Below, one piece after another: positions 39,563-50,860 of a stretch of 64,000 nucleotides of DNA (position 1 is the first letter of the stretch; each line of letters begins with the position of its first letter). The stretch is from Saccharolobus solfataricus P2 (GTDB lineage Archaea > Thermoproteota > Thermoprotei_A > Sulfolobales > Sulfolobaceae). Below the pieces are notes generated by a model, which saw only the letters and a program-made list of their open reading frames with translations, ran no database searches and was not told the DNA's origin. The stretch lies in NCBI RefSeq assembly GCF_000007005.1, contig NC_002754.1. One strand, written 5' to 3'. The translations under genes and the position numbers were made by a program.

Positions 39563-40087
39563 TCATAAGTAAGCTAAATATATCATTATGATACCGACAA
39601 TTATTGCTAGACCGTTAATTGCGGGATTATCGTATTTGAAATGAGCTAAGGCAAATCTCCTCCATTTCCCATACTTTTTAACGTAAATTCCCCTTTCAGT
39701 AAAAACGTCTAATAGCATGTGTGAAGGTCCCACAACTATACCGTTTAACAGTGTAAGTAATATTACCCTATTGTTGATGGAAAAGAGATAGTACTCATGA
39801 TAGTTCAGCCCATAATAGTAAATTAATAAAAGGATAAAAATTGGTATTATGGATATAATTCCCCAGACCACACTTCTAGGAATTGTATGAGTCAATGGAG
39901 TCCTCATTGAGATGTAACCGTACCTAGTAATGATCTCCTTATGGCCAATCCTATCAATCAAGGAGTTCCCTATTACTGAAACTATTCCACACAAGATTAG
40001 AGTGTAATAAAAATATTCGTGAAAGATGCCAGAGTCTAGAAGCGTTAATAAGCCAGTCGAGAAGACGTAATGGGTTCTAAGCCTCAC
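39563..40087 (-). CDS. DUF1286-type membrane metal-dependent hydrolase
   Basis: TH, DRIGH, RTPLTH, HMLLD, RFALAH. Confidence 0.75.
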   Translation of the reverse strand: MRLRTHYVFSTGLLTLLDSGIFHEYFYYTLILCGIVSVIGNSLIDRIGHKEIITRYGYISMRTPLTHTIPRSVVWGIISIIPIFILLLIYYYGLNYHEYYLFSINNRVILLTLLNGIVVGPSHMLLDVFTERGIYVKKYGKWRRFALAHFKYDNPAINGLAIIVGIIMIYLAYL

Positions 40088-40092
40088 AAGAT

Positions 40093-40314
40093 TTATACCC
40101 TTTTCTCGTTTATAAATTTCACCTTATTTCTAGCAATTGATATATGTTTACACTTTCCTCTAATTGCAAATCCCTTACAACTGCACGAATAGTTAATTAC
40201 CCTTTCTTTTTCATCATACACTATTCTTATTAGATAAGACTCTAATGGGTTCCTCTCAGATTCCACGATAAAGTAGTAAGTATTTTTACTCACTCCAATT
40301 AAGTATGGGTACAT
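40093..40314 (-). CDS. Small SWIM zinc-finger protein
   Basis: CSC-x8-CKH. Confidence 0.8.
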   Translation of the reverse strand: MYPYLIGVSKNTYYFIVESERNPLESYLIRIVYDEKERVINYSCSCKGFAIRGKCKHISIARNKVKFINEKRV

Positions 40315-40467
40315 TCTAATGCTTCTTTCTTAATAAAGAATTAGATTCAGTTCACTGAAAGTATTATCCATTGAAGATGGGAAAGTATTCCTAAGATTTT
40401 ATATGTTTTAACTCTTTTAACTCATGTTAGATAAGTTTATAAATTAGAAGCAATATATATAGATAGG

Positions 40468-40662
40468 GTGAAATGTATGATAGGTCTCAAAATTAGTCAC
40501 AAAAAAGATGATAAAAGGAATGATCATTCCGTTATTAACACTCCCATTACTTACGACATGGCAAGGCTCCCAGAGGAGTACTTAAGAAACGAGTTCCCAG
40601 AAGAATGGCGCTCATTGCAAAAAGAAAAGAAATCATATTATAGTTGGATCTGGTATTCCTAA
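40468..40662 (+). CDS. Possible small hypothetical protein
   Basis: 64-aa ORF with no recognisable motif. Confidence 0.3.
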   Translation: MKCMIGLKISHKKDDKRNDHSVINTPITYDMARLPEEYLRNEFPEEWRSLQKEKKSYYSWIWYS

Positions 40663-40865
40663 CCTTAACTGAAACCTTTTTAATTCCTAATCTCCTTCTA
40701 ACTCATTCTTTTTGAACGCTTGTTATTTAGAATCTATATTTCTGAAAATTAGTTATATTCTTCTCTTAATAGATTAATCCTTTTCAGTCTTATGATATTA
40801 CCTTAAGTTATACTTAAGTTATAACCGTAAAGTATATTTAAGAGAGTAACATAAGGATAACTTGA

Positions 40866-41066
<201 letters not shown>

Positions 41067-41786
41067 ACTAATATAATTTTTAAGGAGTAATAAAAGCTAA
41101 AATTCCTTTTTGTTTTTACGTTCACTTTTTGATAAGTTATGAAGTCATTTGTATAGGATTTATGTTTAACAGCGTTAGTTTCTAAAAGCCACTCGTGATG
41201 ACAATCTTCATGCTTATGAACCTTAACCTAATAAACTATTTCGACTTCTTGATAAAGATATTAATAGTGGTACTTTAGGTAGACATACCTTGAATTCCTT
41301 TTGCCTTAAATAATTACGCAAATTCTATTCAAGAAGATTTCAATAATCATAAATACTAAAAATGCGTAGACTAAATATTGGATATCTTGGATAGAACTAA
41401 CTTAAACATCGTACACATCATTTTCACAAAACTGCTTTTATAGCACTAAATATATATCGTATCTCCCTAAAAGGAGTCTAGGAAACTATAAGGTATTTAC
41501 GGTACACCCCTAAAAGCGATAAATGAAATTAAGTTTCTTAACAATCTCGTTCTTATGCTTTCTGATTTATTGAGCATTTTTCAACTGAATTTCTATATTA
41601 TTATATCTTTATTTCAATTAGTCTCAAGGTGTTCAATTTAGGTTTTTGATACCTCTTAACTCTTTATGAAAAAACTCAACAACCTCCCAAAGCATTGTTC
41701 TTAATAAACTTTATATACAGAGTTAGTGAAACATATTACTTTGAATGATTAGAGTGGCCAGGACTGAAAAATGTGATGACATGTTT

Positions 41787-43454
41787 TTAATATGACTTAA
41801 AGCTCCTACCTAACCAGTAACCTCTTTGTATAGCTTTACCAATACTTGGCTGATCATCGACAATATCGTGTATCTCCACATCAAATTTGATACTGTTGCT
41901 TTCCTCTATAAACTTCACACCTACCTCACTTAACTCCTTTCTTAACAAGTACTCCCTAGTTCTATCCAGCCCCTTAAAGGACCTCTCAGTCATGTAAACT
42001 TCGTTATATTTGGCCAATTCGAAGGCATAGTCGTGATAAACGTAAAGGTTAGAATCTATTAGTACTTTCTCCCCCTTAACATCTGGCATTTTAGGTATTT
42101 CATAGTCCGGTATAGCCATTATACAGTCAGAACACTCCATCTTAACGTTAAGCTTAATCTCTACATTAAGTCTCCTTAACTCTCTCTCGTAGTAATCAAT
42201 TAACGCTTGAAACTCATTAACCTTCCAAGGATCTCTGTAAAGTAGAAACTGCCCTCCCAACTTATTGTTTTGTTCATATAAGGTTACTGCAAAGCCCCTT
42301 AAGGCCAAAACCCTAGCAGCTTCTAAACCCATTACTCCCCCACCCACCACAGTAACTTCTCCTCTACCCTTCTCTAGCGGGGGCAGTAGCTCCCAACCTA
42401 ACTCTGGATTAACATCACATCTTACTTCCTTATAGACAACTCCTCTACACGACTGATTACACCTAATACATGGCCTTATTGGCAAATCCCTTTTAGCTTT
42501 CTCAAGCCAATAGGGATCAGCTAATAATTGTCTCCCTAACACAACGACATCGGCAATTTCTCTGGCCTTAATCGCATCTTGTGGAGTTATTATAGACCCA
42601 ACGAGAAATATTGGAATCTTGACCGTATCCCTCACTACCTTCGCCTCCTCAAGGAATGATGTTCTCTTATAATAATATGGCATGCTAGAACCTAAAGGAC
42701 CATCTCTTCCAGCTGATAAGTGAATGTAATCTATTCCAGCCTTTTCTAACCTTTTACCTATTTCAGCCACAATTTCTGGAGTTAAGCCCCCATTGTCGAA
42801 TTCGGTTACACTGATCCTTATACCTACAGTGATTCTAACTTTTTCCCTTATACCCTTGAGGATTTCCTCAACGAACTTTACACCGTCTTTGTATTCATCA
42901 CCCCTTTTGTTAGTTGCAGGGGAAAGGAATTGTGCGATTAAGTATCCGTGAGCTCCGTGAAGTTCTATTCCGTCAAATCCAGCCCTCTTAGCCCTTATTG
43001 CTGCGTTTATGAAATCGTTTTTAACCCTCTCTATATCCTCTTTAGTCATTTCCCTTACTTCGTCCATTATTGGAATTGGTGAAGGAGCTATGGGTTTGTT
43101 ACCCCAAATTATATCCTTCCTAGTCTTCCTGCCAACGTGAACTAACTGCACGAAAATCTTACTTCCCAAAGCGTGAATTAACTCAGTCAACCTCGTAAAC
43201 TTTGGTGTTAGCTCATCTGAATACATCCCCAATTCGTTAACAGACCCCCTAGCATCTACGTGGTTAACGTAAGTGTACTCCGTTATTATTAACCCAACTC
43301 CTCCCTTAGCTCTCTCAGCTAAGTAAGCTATATGAGCATCGCTCGGGTAACCCTCAGGTGTACCTAGATTGCTAATCATTGGTGACATGGCTATTCTGTT
43401 CTTTAAGACCACATCACCAACTCTTATTGGAACCAGTAGCTTCGATAGATCCAT
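41787..43454 (-). CDS. NADH:flavin oxidoreductase (OYE barrel + Fe-S + FAD domain)
   Basis: [31 protein letters not shown]...C, VVGGGVMG. Confidence 0.92.
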   Translation of the reverse strand: MDLSKLLVPIRVGDVVLKNRIAMSPMISNLGTPEGYPSDAHIAYLAERAKGGVGLIITEYTYVNHVDARGSVNELGMYSDELTPKFTRLTELIHALGSKIFVQLVHVGRKTRKDIIWGNKPIAPSPIPIMDEVREMTKEDIERVKNDFINAAIRAKRAGFDGIELHGAHGYLIAQFLSPATNKRGDEYKDGVKFVEEILKGIREKVRITVGIRISVTEFDNGGLTPEIVAEIGKRLEKAGIDYIHLSAGRDGPLGSSMPYYYKRTSFLEEAKVVRDTVKIPIFLVGSIITPQDAIKAREIADVVVLGRQLLADPYWLEKAKRDLPIRPCIRCNQSCRGVVYKEVRCDVNPELGWELLPPLEKGRGEVTVVGGGVMGLEAARVLALRGFAVTLYEQNNKLGGQFLLYRDPWKVNEFQALIDYYERELRRLNVEIKLNVKMECSDCIMAIPDYEIPKMPDVKGEKVLIDSNLYVYHDYAFELAKYNEVYMTERSFKGLDRTREYLLRKELSEVGVKFIEESNSIKFDVEIHDIVDDQPSIGKAIQRGYWLGRSFKSY

Positions 43455-43571
43455 GAAACTTATTAGAATGTGATAGTTAAAAAGTTAACTATAAGGTTCC
43501 GTATTTTCCTAGAATTACTAAATTTCAAATTAATATAATATATAAAGAGAGCTCTATTTAGCTAATAAGTG

Positions 43572-44372
43572 TTATGAAGATTTCTCGTATAAGAAATTTC
43601 CAATACTATCATAAGTTGTGTCGACCTTTGATAATTTAAATCCCTTACTTCGTAATAAATCGTCTATATTTCTCTCGAATTCCTTCCTAACTTCTATCAA
43701 AATTTTATCAGTTACATCTAAAGTATTCATGGCTCCTTTTAATACTTCCAACTCTGCACCCTCAACGTCAACCTTTAATAGATTTACCCTCTTTAAGTTG
43801 AGAGAGTCCAAAGCAATTGCATTAACGACAATCTTATTGCCCTTGTTATTATAGGCTGAAGTCATATCATTATTAGCAAATAGTTCGATTTTACCAGATC
43901 TACTCCATACCGCATTATTGAAAAGTTTAACCTTGCTTTCTATCTCGTTTTCCTTAACGTTAAGCTCTAGGATTTTAAAGGAAACAGGATTGGGTTCAAA
44001 AGCAATAACATTTGCACCCCTTATTCCAGCCCTTATGGTATATGAACCTATATAAGCTCCGACGTCAACGAATATCATATCCTTCTCGAAGCTAATCCAC
44101 TTCCTAACCTCTGGTTCATTGTGAAGCAGTATAATCCAAATATCGTGGACAAGGTTTTCCTTCCTTACGTACCAATACATGCCATCATATTTTACCTTTA
44201 ACAGTTTAGTATATCCTTCATTTATTTTAGGAAATCTGTTAAAATATCTCAAGTTAATGTAAGTTTTTAAGTAGATATAATATAAAAATAATCCGGATGA
44301 AAAGCCTAAAGGTTTAACCTTAAGGTATTCTTTAAGTGATGGAGGTTTAGGTTTTAACTCCTCTATCCTCAA
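43572..44372 (-). CDS. FkbM-family methyltransferase
   Basis: VDVGAYIG, AFEPNP, LKVDVEGAELEVLKG. Confidence 0.9.
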   Translation of the reverse strand: MRIEELKPKPPSLKEYLKVKPLGFSSGLFLYYIYLKTYINLRYFNRFPKINEGYTKLLKVKYDGMYWYVRKENLVHDIWIILLHNEPEVRKWISFEKDMIFVDVGAYIGSYTIRAGIRGANVIAFEPNPVSFKILELNVKENEIESKVKLFNNAVWSRSGKIELFANNDMTSAYNNKGNKIVVNAIALDSLNLKRVNLLKVDVEGAELEVLKGAMNTLDVTDKILIEVRKEFERNIDDLLRSKGFKLSKVDTTYDSIGNFLYEKSS

Positions 44373-44630
44373 ATCAGATCAACCTCTTCCATTAACTCCC
44401 TTAATCCTTAAACATTAATTTTTTTTTTTTTCACCGACAAAGTCTTATTAACATCCCACGAGTCTAACTTCAATGGTAATTAAGGTGGAGAAAGTCTCCT
44501 TCCGTAAGGGTGAATAGCCCCTTAACCTATATAGATTAAAATCTCACGGTTACTATTCATCATAAGCGGAACTTGTAAAAGATGATAGAGACGACAATCG
44601 TTGATACTTTAGCTCCATTTATTTCTGAGA

Positions 44631-45182
44631 TTATCCGCTTCCCAAAATCTCATACAGTTGGTTAAGATTCTCTACAAACTCGTTATTCTCAATCAAATTC
44701 TTTACTACTTGTACTTTTACTTCAAGGAAGGACATAATTTTATCTTGATTCTCTACCGCATCATCTAATAGTTCCTTTTCACTCTGCTTAGATTCGGACG
44801 AGATACTATATCTTGTTATCGTATTTAAAGGTTCTAAGTAGGATGTTATAAGAATCAAGTCTAAGAATTCCTTTATGAATATATCTACCATTATAAATGA
44901 GAAATTTACAACGTAAGGGTTTTCTACTAACTTTTTAAGTTGCTCATTATTAAGCCCTAGTTTCTCACATACTTCTAATTCTCCTCTAACGCATCTGCCA
45001 ATTAACGTTTCGATATTTAATTCGAAAAAATTGATCTTTTCGCACTCTTTAATAATATTCCAAAGTTTTTCCCATCTTTTATTCTTAGCGCTACTCGTGA
45101 TAAAGTCTTCTACTCCTTTAAAACATTTAGCTATATCGACCATTTTGAGGTATTTCCTATAGTTATGTTGAATAATTTCCAA
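44631..45182 (-). CDS. Hypothetical protein, probably 5'-truncated; C-terminus weakly HEPN-like
   Basis: TTG start with an in-frame stop shortly upstream; YLEPLNTITRY followed by an amphipathic helix. Confidence 0.45.
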   Translation of the reverse strand: MEIIQHNYRKYLKMVDIAKCFKGVEDFITSSAKNKRWEKLWNIIKECEKINFFELNIETLIGRCVRGELEVCEKLGLNNEQLKKLVENPYVVNFSFIMVDIFIKEFLDLILITSYLEPLNTITRYSISSESKQSEKELLDDAVENQDKIMSFLEVKVQVVKNLIENNEFVENLNQLYEILGSG

Positions 45183-45439
45183 CAGCTTAGATAGGTTAGA
45201 GGCTTTTGTTCATAAATTCAAGGTAGTTGGAATCATCTATAATGAAATTTAGTTGAAAAGTATCTCGATAAAAATAACGAGACTTTTAGATTTTGTATTT
45301 CGTTTAACTAGAAACTTTTTGACTATATTGGAAAATTCTATTCATTTTCATAGATTAATGTTTAAGTTTTAATGAGTAAAAAACGATTAGTAAGATATGA
45401 AGGAAGAAACTAAAGTTCCAATCGCGGTAGTGACAGGCT

Positions 45440-45955
45440 GGGATAAAAACGTTAGAACACGGTACCTTACTTAAGGACGAGACGCTAAAGTTAATGAGGG
45501 AGATAACGTAACCTTAACCCCAACATTGACAATTCAAGAGTTAATATTCAAAAATGGTAAACAGATTGGAGTTGATGAGTAGAGACTTCAAAAGATCATT
45601 TCCGTAAGGGAGAGTATTGCAAATGTTGTTAGAAAGGCTAAGGAGTATGGGGTTGTGATAATAAGCGGTACTGATCTGGGCTTTGAGACCTGATTTGGAA
45701 GAGATTGATATGGGGAAGAATAGGATGGAGACTGTGTTCCTTGTTGAAAGAGGAGGACTGTCTCCAGTTGAGGCTTTAAGAGTTTCAACTTATGACGCTC
45801 GAAATAGCTATTGGAATCAACGTTGTTGGTATAGAGATTGGAAGAGATGCTGACATCATAATTATTAATAGCGATCCTACGCAAAATGTGAGGAAATATC
45901 TAAGGTAACTCGTGTAATTCAAAGCGGAAGATTGGTAGTGAAGAATAAGTTAATT
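45440..45955 (+). pseudogene. Amidohydrolase (prolidase/imidazolonepropionase-like) C-terminal remnant
   Basis: LEHGT, LTPTL, SGTDLG, LSPVEAL, ADIIII..DP, with stops and frameshifts. Confidence 0.8.
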
Positions 45956-47325
45956 AAAGATTAAGTTTATCTTCTCTTTTTATAAAGTCTTTTAAGTTTT
46001 GAATGTATAGTTAACCTATGGTGAGTTATGAAGAAGTTAGAAGGAGTTTTTCATGGAATGAGGTAATTAAATTTTTAGATAAGAACCCACTAGACGTGTT
46101 GACTTCTCACGATGGCATAGCAATTAAAAGGTTCACTAAGGACGTTGTAGAGGACATAAGCTTCTCAGATCTTAAAAGAAAGGCGTTAAGACTTGCCTTA
46201 TATTTAAGAGAGTTCCATGACGTTAAGAAGGGAGACGTGATAGCTGTATTGGCTTCAAAGAAAATAGAACAAGTTATAGTACTTTTGGCAACGTTCTCTC
46301 TGGGAGCAATTTATCAGCCATTATTCACTGCATTTGGACCGGAAGCGATTAAGATGAGGACTAGGGATGCAAAGCCAAAAGTTATCTTTTACCAAGATGA
46401 TCAAAAGGATAAGGTAAGTGACGCGATACCTTTCTCCAAGTTCGATGAATTATTAAGTTATGGTGAATTGAAGAATATTGAAAAGATAAATTGGGATGAC
46501 CCAATAGTTTTACTATACACTTCTGGTACTACTGGAGCGCCTAAAGGAGCGCTAATCGCTAAGAGATTATTACTCAACACTTATGTTTACATGAAATATG
46601 GTATAGGTATTAGGGATAGTGACGTATTTTGGAACCCTGCAGATCCTGGATGGGCTTATGGATTGTATTATGGTATAATAGGACCACTGATGTTCGGAAA
46701 GACCGTTATTTTCCTTGACGAGCCGTTTAACCCGGAGAGGACAATGGAGTTTATGGAGGAGAAAAAGGTTACTAATTTTGCCTTCGCACCCACGGCATAT
46801 AGGATGATAGCTGGAACGATTAAGAGGAAATATGATTTAGTATTAGAAAGAGCTAGTTCTGCTGGTGAACCACTTAACCCAGAAGTTATAAGATGGTTTA
46901 TGGACAATTACAATGTTACTATCAAAGATCATTACGGACAAACCGAAGTTGGAATGGTTGTTTACAACGGCTGGGGATATGAAACAAAAATAAAAATAGG
47001 GAGTATGGGACTACCAGCTCCCGGTTATGAGATAGATGTAATAGAGGATACTATAGCTGTCAAAAGGGATTCACCGGGTTTTCACTTCTTAGGATATTTA
47101 AATAATCCTGAGAAGACCAAGGAGTCATTTAGAGGCGATTGGTACTTAACCGGTGACAACGCGTATAAGGATGAGGAAGGATATTTCTGGTTTGTTGGAA
47201 GGAAGGATGATGTGGTTAAGGTATCCGGTTATAGGGTTGGACCATTTGAAGTTGAGAGCGTACTTCTAGAATTTCCCGCAGTACTAGAGTCGGCTGTTGT
47301 TGCCGACGAAGATCCAATACGGGGA

Positions 47326-48764
47326 CAGTGGTGTTTCACCAAATTATTTCATTTGAAAGATATAATATTAGTCCTTTCAAAAAGAGATTGATATAGAGAA
47401 AAACAATAAAATTATTATGAAACATAACATGTTAAAATAATTTGCAAAAAATATAGCGTACAATTCTAATAATAAGAGGAGAATTCTGAATTTTTCTCAC
47501 GTGGTGAAAACGACGTGCATAGTCTCCTCTGAACACCGAGAAAGTTAGAGAAGCTTGACGAATGAATCGAAGGACAAAACCTTCTTACACGTGGACTTGA
47601 AGTTAAAGAGAAGATGATTCACTAGATTCCACGCAGAATCCAGAACCGTGTAATAGAGGAACAAGAAGATCTTATTACTCAACTTCCTAACATACCTTAT
47701 CCTTGCCTTCCTAACCTTAAAACCCTCCTCAACCTGCCACCTCAACCTATAGAGTTCAGCCAGTTCATAGGGATCTCCCTCGAAGTTCGTTACGAACATG
47801 AAGTGCCTCGGCTTCCCCTTAACGTAAACCACATCGTAATAATAAAGCCCTTCAAATTCCAAGACCCTATACGCAACGTAAACCTTGTCCTTAACCTCAT
47901 ATCTCTTCTCAACTAATGGAACGTTAGATAGTTCCTTGAATCCCTTCAAGTTCGACTTTCCTCTCACAATGGTCTTCACGGGCATTTCCTTGATGACCCC
48001 TAGGTTCAAGAATCCGGCGTCAGCTACAACGTAATCTATTTCCATGTATTGGCTTACTTCCCTCACGCTCCTGAGTAGGAACTGTGATGGACTGTCGCTT
48101 CTCAAATCTGCTACCTCCACTAGGAGGGGTAACCTTAAGGGATATACGAGGTCCAAGGATCTCATCTTTACTCCTTTTCTCTTCCAGTTGTAGAGTAGAA
48201 AGCCCTCTGCTTTTTCTTGTTCCTTTTCTCCCACGGTTAATCCGGTCTCATCTACAGCGACTACGTTGATCTCTCCCTTTACTTCTCTGTAGATTGGGTA
48301 GAACTTGAAGGTTCTCTGACCTTTACTAATTACTTTCTCGCCTCGTCTTACTACCTTCAAGTAGTATTTTCCTCTGTTTCCGGTTAGCAAGGATGGTGCT
48401 GCTTTCACTATTTCCGGGTCTAGATCTTGAGAGATAACGTTAATATTGTTTGTTGCTAAAGTTATAGCGAGGGACTTCAGCTCCGTTTTGGGTAATATCA
48501 TGGTTTGCATAACGGAGTTATGGAGTCCCTCGCTTTAACCTTTTCTTGTTCATCTCGTCCTTCCACCTACTTTCCTCTATTGATAATACTAGACAAATGG
48601 TATTACTCTTTATATATAAACTCGTTTTCTGTTAGTTTCTTCAACAAATATGAAAATTTTTTGCTTCTTGTGTTGAAATAAGCCGATTTTTCTAACTCCG
48701 CTCTGATATTTTTCTCTTCCATAGAAATTGTATCATTTTGAGTAAAATTGGTGAAACACCACTG
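47326..48764 (-). mobile_element. ISC1439 (ISH3 family)
   Basis: Exactly 1439 bp; TIR CAGTGGTGTTTCACCAA; 9-bp target duplication ATACGGGGA. Confidence 0.96.
47545..48510 (-). CDS. ISC1439 transposase
   Basis: AVDETG, ADAGF, YRLRWQVEEGFK. Confidence 0.92.
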   Translation of the reverse strand: MQTMILPKTELKSLAITLATNNINVISQDLDPEIVKAAPSLLTGNRGKYYLKVVRRGEKVISKGQRTFKFYPIYREVKGEINVVAVDETGLTVGEKEQEKAEGFLLYNWKRKGVKMRSLDLVYPLRLPLLVEVADLRSDSPSQFLLRSVREVSQYMEIDYVVADAGFLNLGVIKEMPVKTIVRGKSNLKGFKELSNVPLVEKRYEVKDKVYVAYRVLEFEGLYYYDVVYVKGKPRHFMFVTNFEGDPYELAELYRLRWQVEEGFKVRKARIRYVRKLSNKIFLFLYYTVLDSAWNLVNHLLFNFKSTCKKVLSFDSFVKLL

Positions 48765-48999
48765 ATACGGGGACATGTATTACACGCTTATATTGTACTT
48801 AAAAGTGGATATACGCCTAGTGAGGAATTGAAGAAAGAGATCATTAATTTCGTTAATAGCAAATACTCTAGACATGTACATCTTGAGAAGGTTGATTTTG
48901 TGGATAAGCTTCCTAAAACCGAGAGCGGTAAAATACAGAGATATTTATTAAGAAAGAAATAAAAATCCTTTAATTTGCCTTATTAATTTCGTATATGCA

Positions 49000-50466
49000 T
49001 TATGTTATTCTCTTTTTCTCTAAACCTAAGTATATCATTAAACTCAAAAATAGTCCTAAATACCAGCCGTAGTCGTATAGCAAAGCTAACTGAGGAACTA
49101 GAAACCCTATTACTGGAACAGAAAACCCTATTACCATTGCAATTAATGCATTAATATTATAACCCGATACATACCAATACCTTCCATTTGGCTTAAATAG
49201 CTCTGCTAGTTTAATTTCAGTTTTTTCTAAAATCCAGTAGTGAGCTATCATAACTCCAGCGACAGAACCTAGTCCAGCACCAATTAAATTTATTACATTT
49301 TCTATACTTGAAGCATTGTTATACCATAACCATGGTGAGTAGAGTAAACCTAGAATTGCAGACACAATAGCAGATTTTGACCAAGTGTTTAGTCTCTTCG
49401 GGAATAAGCTTATCAAATCATAAACGGGTGATACAATGTTTGCGGCAACGTTTACTGAGATTGTCGCAATAACAAGACTAATTCCAAGAACTAACGTTAT
49501 GTAAGGATTATTAGTAAATAGGAACATTATATTAACCGGATTAACGTAATTAATCGCCTCACTACTTGGAATATTGTAAATGTAAATTACTGCAGACGTT
49601 AAACCAACTGCTATGAAGCTGAAAAGCAACGTAAGTATAGGCAGACCAATAGCTTGTCTTATTAATTGATCCTTTTGGCTTCTAGAGAATCTCGTAAAGT
49701 CCGGAATGTTCAAGACCAAAGTTGCCCAAAATCCCGCCATTGTGGATATCCCTAAGGCTATATTAGGTAACGAAACGTTACTGGCCTTTATTTGAAACAA
49801 TGGTGATAGGCCATTTGCAAGGGTAGCTACGTGAATCATTAGTCCCCCTAAAATTATTATTACCAAGGGACCAGCAATTAGTTCGAACTTCTTTATCTCA
49901 TCCATTCCTTTAAACAAGACTAATACATTAAGTAACCAAAAGAGGAAGAACGAAAGCGCCATATGGAGTGGCATTCCTAAGAGGTTTACTGAGAACGTTG
50001 ACCATAATGGGTAAAAGATTGAGATGAGAGCGTCTAAAATTAGACCACCGGCATAGGTCTCAACTGAGAACCAAAACAATGCTGAAATTGCCCTCATTAT
50101 TACTGGTATTCTAGCACCCCTTATTCCAAACATTGGTCTAATTGACGAGGGAAATGGGACTCCCCATTTTACACCAATGTGCCCATTTAAATATAACGCT
50201 ATTAGCAAAGTGAAATATGCTATTGCAATAACAGTTAAGGCTATTAGCGGACCGAACTCAAACGTTAATAACCCAGCAAGCATGAATGCAGGGACGTTAT
50301 GAATCATCCCAGCCCATATTGTAGTGTAATTTACCCATGTCCACGTTTTTGAGTTTTTAGAGAGGGGCGCTATATTTGGATTGTAGTAGTTGTCTGGTAC
50401 TACAGCTCTTCCTTGATTATATTCTGTTAGGTCCAAATTAACGTGATTTATTTCTTGATCTGACAT
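49000..50466 (-). CDS. NCS1-family nucleobase/hydantoin:cation symporter
   Basis: 12 TM; GVKWGVPF, PDFTRF, NVAANIVS, YDYGWY. Confidence 0.9.
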   Translation of the reverse strand: MSDQEINHVNLDLTEYNQGRAVVPDNYYNPNIAPLSKNSKTWTWVNYTTIWAGMIHNVPAFMLAGLLTFEFGPLIALTVIAIAYFTLLIALYLNGHIGVKWGVPFPSSIRPMFGIRGARIPVIMRAISALFWFSVETYAGGLILDALISIFYPLWSTFSVNLLGMPLHMALSFFLFWLLNVLVLFKGMDEIKKFELIAGPLVIIILGGLMIHVATLANGLSPLFQIKASNVSLPNIALGISTMAGFWATLVLNIPDFTRFSRSQKDQLIRQAIGLPILTLLFSFIAVGLTSAVIYIYNIPSSEAINYVNPVNIMFLFTNNPYITLVLGISLVIATISVNVAANIVSPVYDLISLFPKRLNTWSKSAIVSAILGLLYSPWLWYNNASSIENVINLIGAGLGSVAGVMIAHYWILEKTEIKLAELFKPNGRYWYVSGYNINALIAMVIGFSVPVIGFLVPQLALLYDYGWYLGLFLSLMIYLGLEKKRIT

Positions 50467-50860
50467 CTTTCAGTATTGCTAAAGAGCGGTATATAAATTA
50501 AACTGATTAAAAGGTGAAGTATTTTTAATCTAATTATGAACTAGGAAATACCAAAATTCTCCAATATTCTTTAATTATATTTCCCTAATTTACTAGAATT
50601 GACGTAATTAGATAAGAGGGAAAAGGACTTATATGGTATTATATATACATTATTTATGCAGTATGTTTTTTGACATATAATAATTCTGAGAAAAAATTGA
50701 GAATCGGTACTAGTTCATCTCTCCATAGGTTGCCAGTTTATTAAGAATTCTATCGCACATTTGCGAATTACGAAATCATTACTCATTAAACTGTACGATT
50801 ACAGTATGCTTCTTTAGATGTAACTATAAAAAGACCTTTCTTAGTTCGTAAATAAATGGT

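Larger units (their letters stand above)
46018..48962 (+). pseudogene. Acyl-CoA synthetase interrupted by ISC1439
   Basis: YTSGTTGAPKG, YGQTE, GRKDD; the frame resumes after the IS as (DPIR)GHVLHAY...PKTESGKIQR. Confidence 0.92.

Noticed and set aside
41100-41780. AT-rich gap with broken reading frames
   Set aside because: Probably decayed coding sequence, but no motif allows a call.
45588-45884. 98-aa minus-strand ORF
   Set aside because: Antisense to the amidohydrolase pseudogene.
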